From: Laetmonice hystrix
Lineage: Eukaryota
DNA: 64,000 nucleotides
Direction: 5' to 3'
Assembly: GCA_965235115.1 (NCBI GenBank)
Contig: OZ249436.1
Coordinates: forward strand, 23,438,001-23,502,000
Made by a program: the position numbers and the translations under genes. Below are positions 39,859 through 51,400 of this stretch, piece by piece (position 1 is the first letter of the stretch; each line of letters begins with the position of its first letter). Below the pieces are notes generated by a model, which was not told the DNA's origin, did no database searches, and worked only from the letters and a program-made list of their open reading frames with translations.

Positions 39859-42800
39859 GGGCCTGTTTCTCGAAAGCGTCGTATGAGTTACGCCATGCGT
39901 ATCCTGTCTTTGGTGTTTCTCGACGGCTGCGCAACTTTGCGCCGTTGCGTAAATCAGGTCTAAAGTTACGACGACCAGCGAGGTGACGTACGCAACTGAT
40001 TCTGAGTGGTTTGTGGAAAGTGACCATTGACCAGTGAAGCAGAAAAACATTGGGCAGGTTAAAAGACATGTATACTCAATATAAGTCCAAATTATGGGTA
40101 GAAACGTGCTAGCAGTAAACTTGATTTTACTTTGATTTTCCTCAATGTAGCATCATTTGGCTTGCTACACTGAAAAACAATGAACATTATTTTCATGAAT
40201 CTGACGTAATCGAACATAAACTATACATAGAACAGGAAAATGAGAGAGATGTAAACTTATCGCTTTACTGATAACGACATTTTGTTGCGGCTAGGCTTCG
40301 CAGCCGCTGGACATTTAGTATAGTTGGCCTCCCCCGTATATATATGTATGCCTATATATTATTACTGTATACTTTACTATCTGTATATGTTAGTATAGTC
40401 GAATCCTTGTTCCCGTTTGTATTCCCTTAAGGATGGGCGGCTCGGATGTCGTGTATATATTTAATCATGTAGTTGCTGGAGTATTGGGTTCCCTTAAGTC
40501 GGATGCTGGTGCGGGCTGGAACCGGGGACGCTCGGGCCGTCACCTCCCAAGTTGCGTAACGGGTGTATCGATACCGATGTCGTGGTGAGGTGACACCAGC
40601 ACGTACCCAGCGTCTTCCGTCCGTGTTGGCCTCCATGGCGGACCCCCGGCTGGGCGAGCGGTGTCACTGGGGGCCGCGAGATCCGGACACTGACCGACTG
40701 GTGACACGATGTCATCACGCGGGTCCGTGTCGGTGACCGCGGCCACCGGGGTCTACTGCTGGCAGAGCGGAGGGGGTGGAGTTCCGGCCGGGATGCCGAC
40801 ACGGACGGCGTTTAGTATATATAGGGGCACCGAATATCCAGTTAGATATAGTTTGTCTAGAGAGCTAGTTGTTCGGAGTATGTGCCCGAGCTGAGCCGTG
40901 GCTCAGTCTCGGGTCCATATAGTTCGTTTTGGCGCTCACCGACTTGACTCCTACTCGGGGAGTTGGTCAGTGAGAGAGTTGTTCTCGGTTGGTCAGTAGC
41001 ATGAGGTTCGGCCTCTAGGCTAGTAGAGTATCCCGCGATACTCTATACCATGTATCATGTCTGACAATACAAGTATCATCACCGCCAGCCGTCGTTGACT
41101 TATCTTCCCCTCGCCAGGGTGGGTCCACAACATTTTGGTGACCGCGATGGGACGGTCTCTTTGACGGCACCGCGTGGCGCTGCAGTGTGGACATACACAC
41201 TCCACGCGATGCCTGATCTCATGACCGTCCAGTACACGGACCCACGGCCATGGAATTCGAAGGCACCCTGGTTGAGTGCACGAAGCTGCAGCGGAGCATA
41301 GCGAAAGGTAGGAGGATAGTCTTGATGGCTCCCATCTATATTGCGGAGACGGACCAGCTATGAAGCGACGCTGGTGGAGTTGGCGGGCCGTGTTCGAACG
41401 TTAGCAGGCTGGGTGTGGACCCTGCCGGGTGTAGCGTTGCAGTAATCACCGAGGACGATGGCACCGAGGACGATGGCGCCGAGGACGATGGTCTCGGCGA
41501 GGGCGATGGCGCCGGGCTGGGCGACAACGGTGGTACCGAGGTATGTGGGTGCTCTCTGGATGGCCCAGCGGAGGCCCCTGTGATGCGCAGGTGGATGGCC
41601 GCGGCGAGGATGGCCATGCGAGGCGGGCGTCAATGATGCGGGCAGTGGACCGGATCAGCTGGGAGGCGTGACTGGCCGCATTGGACCGGGGGCGGGGGTG
41701 CGCACCCCCGCACTGGCCCAGGGCAGGTCAGGCGGCGTCACCGGCTGGTCGACGAGGGCGCTGGTGCCGCCGAGGGCGATGGTGCCCTCGAGGACGATGG
41801 TGTCGCCGAGGACGACGGTTCACCGGGGGCGAACGGTGCCGCATAGGGCGATGGACGCGCCGACGACACTGGACCCATGGGATGCCAGTTTGAGACGTAG
41901 CCTCAGCGGAGGAATGGACACTATAGACGATCTATATATGTATATAATGTGTATTTACCGTAGGCCATTTCTGGGCGAGCCTTTGTATAGCTAGGCCGTA
42001 ATTCGTGGTGGCGATTTGTGTATTTTGTATTCGCCACATAACGGACGCTATAAACGGTAGGGTTTGGTTTTCTTTTAATTTATAACTGTGTGTTTTGTAT
42101 AGGCCGTAGTAAGCTTCGATTTATATATTTGTGTATTTTGCGTGCCTGAACGGATAGGCTATGTGTTGGATCCCCGACGTGGATCGAGGGGGTCGGTCGG
42201 CCAGACATGATATCGTCTGGCTAGGCTCGACAGTGAGACCACTATAGGGTGGTGCGGCTTAACCTACACGGAGGCCGGCTGTCGGAGCATACAGCGGTTG
42301 CCGGGAGGACCGCCTGGCGGCGCCCAAGGAAAATTGGGCTGGCTAGGCGGCGTGATCCTCCGTCGTGGCAAGGATTGGCGGGCTACCAGTGGCTAGGGCG
42401 GGAGCGCTGATCACGCTCCAGGTGCGCCCCCCTGGTGGCCATCAATACAAGGCAAACGAAGGCCTTGGGAGCGCGCTCCTGTCGAGGAGGCGCTACCCGT
42501 CTGTGCGACGGGCGTGTGAGGACCAGCCGGTCCTGGGAACTTGACTTTGTAGGTGGGGTTACTCCACGGTGTGATGTGGAGGCCGCAGCGCCTCCGGCAC
42601 TATTGGGAGTTTGGTGGCGCCAGTCGTTGCCGTAACCCCACCGAGGTAACGAAGGTTCCCGATACATGTACGTGCAGCGTGGGATGTGGCAGCTAGCGGC
42701 AGGATACCAGCTGGAATGGGAGGCTCACGCACCTCCAAGGTAGCATCAGGCTACTCCAGGCTGACGTCGATTCCACCGCATGCAATGGCCACTACCGTAG

Positions 42801-44189
42801 ATTAAGAATGGACATACAATAGATTGAGAATGGACTTCAATCTTTAAGGGGGGGAGGTATGTTGCGGCTAGGCTTCGCAGCCGCTGGACATTTAGTATAG
42901 TTGGCCTCCCCCGTATATATATGTATGCCTATATATTATTACTGTATACTTTACTATCTGTATATGTTAGTATAGTCGAATCCTTGTTCCCGTTTGTATT
43001 CCCTTAAGGATGGGCGGCTCGGATGTCGTGTATATATTTAATCATGTAGTTGCTGGAGTATTGGGTTCCCTTAAGTCGGATGCTGGTGCGGGCTGGAACC
43101 GGGGACGCTCGGGCCGTCACCTCCCAAGTTGCGTAACGGGTGTATCGATACCGATGTCGTGGTGAGGTGACACCAGCACGTACCCAGCGTCTTCCGTCCG
43201 TGTTGGCCTCCATGGCGGACCCCCGGCTGGGCGAGCGGTGTCACTGGGGGCCGCGAGATCCGGACACTGACCGACTGGTGACACGATGTCATCACGCGGG
43301 TCCGTGTCGGTGACCGCGGCCACCGGGGTCTACTGCTGGCAGAGCGGAGGGGGTGGAGTTCCGGCCGGGATGCCGACACGGACGGCGTTTAGTATATATA
43401 GGGGCACCGAATATCCAGTTAGATATAGTTTGTCTAGAGAGCTAGTTGTTCGGAGTATGTGCCCGAGCTGAGCCGTGGCTCAGTCTCGGGTCCATATAGT
43501 TCGTTTTGGCGCTCACCGACTTGACTCCTACTCGGGGAGTTGGTCAGTGAGAGAGTTGTTCTCGGTTGGTCAGTAGCATGAGGTTCGGCCTCTAGGCTAG
43601 TAGAGTATCCCGCGATACTCTATACCATGTATCATGTCTGACAATACAAGTATCATCACCGCCAGCCGTCGTTGACTTATCTTCCCCTCGCCAGGGTGGG
43701 TCCACAACAATTTGGTACCGTATTAATGAATTTGTATCATTTGAATGCACTATCGTACCCTATAGTTTCACTATGGGCTACTCTTGTTCAAAATAATGGA
43801 CAAACATCTTATGTCAGAGACAATTCTTATATTCATTTCTAATGTGTACCTCTGATTTACCCCCTGAAAGATTATATGCACCACCGCGTGACTGATTTTT
43901 ATACACCTCTATCCCCTGTCCTCAGACCTCCCTCTCATGTGTTGGCCACTTGGAACTGGCGAAGCTATTTCAATGACAATAGATTGCCATGGAAACGCAC
44001 TTATTTGACCTCTTTTTGACGCCACCTAGTGTGTCATTACAGTACCTTGTTATGCCCAAGTCCTCAGGATAGGTCTTGCGTAAGTACCTCTCGAAAAACC
44101 ATCTTACGCCATGACTTATGCCATTCGTAATGCCTTGCGTAAATCCTTGCGTACGTGTTGAACTTACGACACCTTCGAGAAACAGGCCC
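39859..44189. mobile_element. Harbinger-like element E, copy 2 (inverted), split by an LTR element
   Basis: Same TIR; cag/ctg flanks. Confidence 0.85.
40283..43709 (+). mobile_element. Young non-autonomous LTR retroelement (LTRs 40283-41132 and 42860-43709)
   Basis: TG..CA 850-bp LTRs that look identical (ORF translations identical at offset 2577); TSD attt, single in copy 1 of element E; PBS tggtgacc (tRNA-Trp-like) at 41136; polypurine tract at 42846-42857; no gag/pol ORF. Confidence 0.95.
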
Positions 44190-44263
44190 CTGGGAAGGAT
44201 ACCTAACAACCCGTAGTGGATCCGTCACCGATCACGTGATCACAGCTTAGTAGGGAAGCGCTA

Positions 44264-46728
44264 CCCAGATAGCACACAGCCGATGGCCCACTGTTGGGCC
44301 ACTCAAAGCACCAATGGCTCCCTGTCGGCAGCCGCTGGTGGCCCACTAGTAGCGTGGCCAGCTGGTAGCCGTTGGCCCACCGGTGGTTATCTACACCTGG
44401 GGCCCGTTTCATAACTCGTTAAGAAAATGCGTTAATTAGTACGCGCTCGTTTATATACTAGCGCGAAGTTTAACGCATTTTGCGTAACGCCGTTTCATAA
44501 GTCGTAAAATGATCGCGCGTAAAAAGATGTACGTTGGGTTCGTTAATATACGCATTCGTTATTTAACGCTGAAAAGGCCGCTTGTGCTTGCGAAAAATAT
44601 TAAATTTAGAGATCATACCAGGGCTGCGCCACCAATCACCACCTTGCGGTTCGATTGCGTACTACAAGATTTATGAGAAGATTATCAGCTTAAGTAGGCC
44701 CCAATCATCCCCAAAATGTTCTAGTGTGAAGAGGTGAGTATAATGCTTAGTAGTGCAATCTCGTACATTTCGTTAGAGGACGCGGATGTGAAAGGAGAGG
44801 AGCGTTCTTTCCAGAATAATATATTGTCATGAGGTTTTAGTCATGCGCCCCCAATAGTCATCTCTGAATCTGTGTTATCATAATATTTTGATTACTGTTA
44901 TTTTGTAGCGCCAACGCTTACGGGCCAACTTTTGGTGGAAGAGGATTCACAAACACAGGGGCTCACCTCCGTTGTGCCAGGTGTGGGAACCGAGGGGTGG
45001 GGGCAAGGTGGCGATTCCCCAACTTTGTATTGGCGGGAATAACATTGTTTCGCCACAATCTAATTAAAATTAGTTATTGGTATTCCGCGTCTATATCGGT
45101 TGTGCCAGTGCTGTCTCCGCTCCATACCTATATAGTATGGAACACATGCGATATAACTAAGATCTAATTTTAATTAGATTGAGTTTCGCCCCCTCCCTAT
45201 TATTTGCCAGTTATATTTTAATAACAGAGATATGCCACTGCCAGGAGACCAAAAATGGATTCCAATCATCACAATATTATGATGTCCTATTCAGTGGCAG
45301 CAGTAAGGAGACAAAGTTTACTTGATGCATATTTGATGAAGGCACTGCAGTGATGCGGGGGGGGGGGGGGGGTCCAGGATTTTGTAACGGGGGGTTCAGA
45401 GGTAAAATTTGCTAGGGGGGAGGGGTCAGCACGGTCAATTCAGATGTTCTATCGGGGAAAAGAGACATTGGTTGCCAAGGGGAGTTTGAAACCCCGACCC
45501 CCCCCCCCCGGCGCTTTCCCGGGCCATGCCCCAGTCTCCCTCCCCCCTCCAATGAAAATATGGTTCCCACGCCTATGGTCCCTATCCTAAAAGGAATCGA
45601 ACCAAGCGTTGCTAAAATTTAAATACAATATATGTGTTGGTGACACGAACTGTATGTAGTGTGTTCATTGCAAGAAAATATATTATCTAAATGTTTGAAT
45701 GACAGGTTCTCTGGTATGAAAACCGCGATGATTCAATGTCTGCCCCCTGTCTCCTTGTTGAGCCTTTGCTAAATGACGGCTAGATAGAGAGGAGGAGGCA
45801 TGTATAATTATTGGTATCCCGCGATTAATTGCAATATTGTGAAGACATGTTATTGCCAATACAATCCTATACTAGATGTCCCCGGGTCACTCTGTATGGT
45901 ACCTCCACTGCCATCAAGACATCTGTGAATAATGAGAAATATTTCATGTCATATAATATATGACATAAAATCTTCATTATCCACAATATCAGGATTTTGG
46001 ATGGCATTACGTTGGTATTGCATTTTTTGTCCTAGCCGCCATATTTGTTCAGGGGCGTAGGAACAGGGGGGCCAGGGGAGCATTGCCCCCCCCCCCCACT
46101 TTCAAATGAAGGGGGCCAGAGTATCTTTTGCCCCCCCCCCCCCCCCACTTGTCCCCTCCCCTTTACTTTTGCCATTGGAAGTCTATGGGGGAGGGTATTT
46201 TCTCACATTTCAGACCTTATTTTGTGCTCTAAGATGCACCAAATGTCACCAAATTACACTATAAATTTCAAATTTTTTCGGGGGAGCATGCCCCCAGACC
46301 CCCTAGCTGCGCTTCGCCCCTTCGGCGCTTGCCCAGTCCCCCCGCCAAACTGTAATCCCCCTCGAAAAAAACCTGCACATGGCCCTGTTGGTCCCCGCCC
46401 CACTTTTAAAGTGCTTCCTACGCCTCTGTTGTTGATGTGCTCAGTGTAAATAATGTGTTAATTAACGATACTATCGTTAATTAGCGATAAATCAGTTAGC
46501 GAAGACTTAATCCGCACCTTTTTTATCCGCGCTAAAAAAATCCATTTAACGCGGAAATAGCGCAAAATTTCGACTTTTTTTGTTGATTAACGCGTTTTAG
46601 ACCATAGCGAGCGCACAAACTTAGTTATGAAACGGGCCCCTGGTGGGCCAACGGCTACTAACTGGTCACGCCACTAGTGGGCCACTAGCGGCTGTCGACA
46701 GTGGGTCATCGGCTGTGTGCTATCTGGG
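44264..46728. mobile_element. CCCAG..CTGGG MITE with TA flanks, hosting copy 2 of element B
   Basis: cccagatagcacacagccgatg / catcggctgtgtgctatctggg. Confidence 0.8.
44400..46639. mobile_element. Element B, copy 2 (inverted relative to 5357-12227), with a CAG..CTG MITE at 46050-46428 (TSD ttgtt)
   Basis: TIR gggcccgtttcataact; ctg/ctg TSD; reverse-complement colinearity with copy 1. Confidence 0.9.
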
Positions 46729-47715
46729 TACCGTTGACACACTGAGATTTTGTAGCGCTCTCAAGCCGATATAAAAAGTTATTACGTTATAAAATGTTGG
46801 TGTGTCACGCCCGATATGAAACGATAGCGCAACGATAGCGTAATAAGAAATTCCTGCTCCTGAGGTGCTCTGATGCCGCTATATGTTCATAGCGCAACAC
46901 CTTATAGCGGAATAGTTTCGGTGTATCAGCAGGAACATGACTATAGCGCCACGAACTCGCTTCAGACCACGTGACAACCCCCCTTTCGGTCGTGATGACG
47001 TCATGCGTTCCCGTAATAGCCCTCGTAATGGCGCATTCGTTTTGCTACTGGTGACACACCAATATCGGAATGATAGCAGAGCGGTTTCGTTATAAGTGGC
47101 AGTGTGTCAACGGGTTCGAGAGTTATATCGCTTTTGTTGCGCTATCGTTTATACCGCTTTGATAGCACTACAATATCGCTTGCCATCACACTTGTTGGTG
47201 TGTCAACGGTGTGTCCACTAAGGGTTGCTATATCGTCTATGGGTAGGTACGGGTCCGCTACTGGGTTTTTATCCGTGGTCGAAATCGCACTATTTGTGAA
47301 CATGTTCAAAACTTTTCCACGGATCGAAAGGCCGCTACGGATCGGTACGGGTTGCCACGGGTACCTACCTAATACCGGATCACGCCGTAGGCCGTAGGCC
47401 CGTAGCCCCGATCCGGCAAGACCCGGCGCGCGAGAAAGTGTGACGGGGGCTTTAAGCTCCCCTTTTTCTAGTCAATGTTCAGGGAAGAATATTAAAACAT
47501 CACATTTTCTTGTAGGCCATACACCGACCTGCTCCCTTACGACGTCAACTTATAGATCTATGAGTGTGACATGAAAAAAAAGTAGACCTATTATGGCAAG
47601 CTTCTTTTCTTCTTTCAAATCCACAAAAATATTACCTGGTGATCAGGTAAAGCAGATTGCAGCATGGAGAGGCCTAGAACAGTTCCCGTGTAAAACATTC
47701 TAAAGTATAACCTCC

Positions 47716-48432
47716 TGTCACGTTAGGTCAATGGGGAGTTTTGTTGGTAGGGTGTGTCAGGGCAGAACGATGTAGTCGTCACGGCGGAAATCCATCGACT
47801 GCGGCCCGCCAGCGTTAATTGTGCGAATCAGAAAGCGTAAGGTTTGCTGGGTGTCAGAACCGGTTTGTATGCATGGGTGGACACAAGGGGGACGGAGGGA
47901 CAGTCGGCCGTGGAGACTGATAGGCAGCAGCGGAACCTGGCTCAACACCAACGGGCTCCGGCTTAGCGAACGCGGGTGGTAACGCACTGACTCGTGGGCT
48001 GTCAGAGGGGGACGCTAGGGTGACGCTCCCTGGACGACAAAGTCCACGTTGTGTGGTTTGGGTTGGGAAGGAATGAAGTGAGCAAGATGGAGGAACACTA
48101 CGTGCCGCCCAGACAAGTAAGTTGTTTTTGTCCTTCAACGGTGTGAACTTCTAGGCATGGAAGGTACGATTCCAGGGCACACGGTGTTCTTTGGTATAGA
48201 TTATCTGTACCAATGTTCTTGTGCTGCGAATATCATACGTGTCGGTCATGTCTCACCTCATTTGCCCCTTGTGGCATTGGGCCACGCTGTGAACAGCCGC
48301 TCCATGCCTGCCAGAGAAACACATTTTTGTCCCTGGTTTAGTTTTAACTGTCTGGAGAATTCAAATCTTCTTAATACTACCCATTTAGTTTCGTACACAT
48401 AAGAATAAACGTTATCCTATGGCTTTATCACA
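47716..48432 (+). mobile_element. Possible solo LTR
   Basis: tgtcac...atcaca termini and an aataaa near the 3' end; GC-richer than its flanks; no matching TSD. Confidence 0.35.
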
Positions 48433-51400
48433 GGCCTGAATGTTATCTGGTTATCTGTATCAACGTATATACTGAGTGTGTAATATTATAGATTCTGTTC
48501 TTTGTTTCCCAAATTGCTTTTTAAGTAAGCTATGGTCACTTTCTATATGGATGCAGTTTCAATGTGAATATGCCATTTTTTTAGCACTTTTGCAACCCTC
48601 CAAAGTGGTTGAACTTTTTTCAACGTTGTTCCCATAACCACGATTGACACGGTCTGCTGATTTCCCCTCGACCGCGACGCCAGGTCGCCCGACATTTTGC
48701 GTGACCCTTGGGTTACAAAGAAACCCTCACGGTAAACAATTTATGCCGACAACCTCCCTCGACCTACCTTAACTTCAAGTCTATGACGTCCAGTCTGCAT
48801 ACTTAAGCCCAAGGTTATTGTCGTGGTATATTTGTCCCTAGTTAGTAAAATTCATGGAAATTCATGATTTTCTCTCTCAATTTTTACTAATATTAGTAAA
48901 TTTCACCAGACCCCGTCAGAGTCACAGCCCACCAACTGAGTAGGGACTAATTATCTGTGGGTCCAGGAACTATGTATACTTTTGGCACGCTTGTTGCCCC
49001 TCATGCCTTCTGTCACCAAGAAAGAAGGACAGAAAATGTCAGAGTTATTGTTTCGAATTTCTATCCAAGATGGCCACCAAGCAGCCATTTTAATGATATG
49101 TGTGACCTGTGTCTTCCTTAGACTGTCCCTGGTTATTATGTAATGTTTCATGCAAGATTAGATGTTGTTATCTTCAACTGGTTTGGAGGTACAGGCCATT
49201 AAAATATGCATGACCTTGATTGACCTTTCAAGGTCGCTCAAGGTCATGGGAAATGGTGCCAAATGAAACTTCATATATGGCTTCCTATCTGTCAATAATA
49301 GTAACTATTGCCTTATCTTGCACCGTTTTCGAGATACAAGCCAAAACAGTGTTACGAGGGGAGTAAAAATATTAATATGGCCGCCATGTCGCTATATTTG
49401 CTCTGATCTGGGAATACATTGGCATATACATTGCCCCTCATATGCACCTTCTTTCTACCAGATTTGAAAGAAATCGGGATCGTTTTCTCTGAGTTATTGC
49501 TCCAACTGTAATTATATCCAAGATGGCCACCACGCGGCCATTTTGACTGATGTCAAAAATATCTTTGACCTGCCTCTACATTGGACTGTACCTGATCATT
49601 ATGTCATGTTTCATGCAAGATTATGTTGTTATCGTCAACTGTTTTAAAGATCCAGGCTATTGAAAATCTGCATGACCTTGATTGACCGTTCAAGGTCGCT
49701 CAAGGTCATGGAAAATGGCGCCAAATGAAACTTCATATATGACTTCCTATCTATCAATAATAGTAACTATTGCGTCATCTTGCAATATAAGCTCGAGATA
49801 TAAGCCAAAACAGTGTCATTGTGGGGGGTCAAGAAACAAATATGGCCGCCATGTCGCCATTGCTGATCTGAATTGAAATTGTATTGCGATGCATATTGGC
49901 CATCATTATGCCTCATCCCTGGACCAGGTTCGAAAAAAATCGTGATTGTTTTGGCTGAGTTATTGATAAAAATGTGTTTACATCCAAGATGGCCGCCAAG
50001 CGGCCATTTTGAATGATGTCAAAAATCTGTTTATCATGCATCATACTCACTCAGATCATCCCTGATCATTGTGTGAAGTTTCAAAGAAATCGACCCATAC
50101 ACTTCTGAGAAATCCATGTCTACGGACATACGGACGTACGTATACGGCAGAACCAGCATGTGTCAAGGGGGTATTCCCGGAATTCCCCTCCTGACGTCAC
50201 TATTCAGTTCATTCAACTGGTTCCCGGTGGTCTTACCCAGGGTCGACGAGGAACGATTTTCAAATATGTAACGATTTTGATTTTCTTCAACGATGCACTT
50301 TATGAAACGGAACCGATGATATATCGTAACGATTATCGTTCCTGCTACGATTTTTTAAGAATTATCGTTCTTTTTTGGTCGTGGTTTATGAAACAAGGCC
50401 CTGGCCTTTTCGGCCCACAGAACGATCGATGTGGACCGTCCACGAGCTACGACTGTTGTGATGAGGCGATGGGCGGGGCTTGGCCTTTTATAAGACGCAG
50501 CCGTTTTGTTCGATACTCATACTTAAATAACTCATACTTAATCGGACGTTTCTCAGACGTATTTAGACGTTACTTATGCTTTTCTATCTACCGTTCATGG
50601 CCGAAAAAATTGAATTTGCCGCCGTTTGACACCGTCTGACGTAAATATTTAGACGGAGGCAGACGGAATCGTTAAACGGCAGTATGGGACATGGCTTAAA
50701 GGTCATGCGCAGCACTATCAAATCTCTCACCATATGTTTTTTGGTTACATTGGTTACCATGGTAACCCATGGTAACCAATGTAGCCAACCCAAAAATACT
50801 ACATATCAAATTAATGCATTTCAATATAAATTATTTTTGAATTAAAAAATGTTAATTATCTATATGTCACCGTGGTTACTTTTTTGTTATAAGCCTAGGT
50901 TTATGGGAAATAATGCCTGTGCAAAGTCTTGGGTTTACCATGGTGGCCCCCAGATAGACTAACCACACAAAAGTCACAATGGTAACATATGGATATTTTT
51001 ACCTTTTTAAAACCAGAAACACTTGTTCTTTCTATCAAAATACATACTATTTATATGTAGTTGGGTTGACTTAGTGTAGCACGTGAAAAATAGGAAATAT
51101 GCAGGGAAATTGGGAAAAGTTCAGCTTAACAGAAAATTCAGGTAAACCGAGTTGAGTTGAGTTAAGTTGAACAAAATTTATCTCTTTGTTCATCTGGAAG
51201 GCCTAAGGGGGTTCCAGCCCCCCCCCCCCCCCCATTCTAGACGACGCTATTCCTACTTTCTTTTATCCTCCAATTATGATCATATTTATCATAATTTGTT
51301 TTAGGCCTATGCCTAATAATGTTTTTGGCTGATGGTTAGCTCCCCCCCCCCCCGCCTAAAAAATCCCTGGATCCGTACATGGGGTTATTTCACTGAAGCT

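Noticed and set aside
40427..40894. Short ORFs duplicated at 43004-43471 (similarly 13474-13993 and 19096-19603)
   Set aside because: The duplication simply reflects LTR identity; no evidence of coding function.
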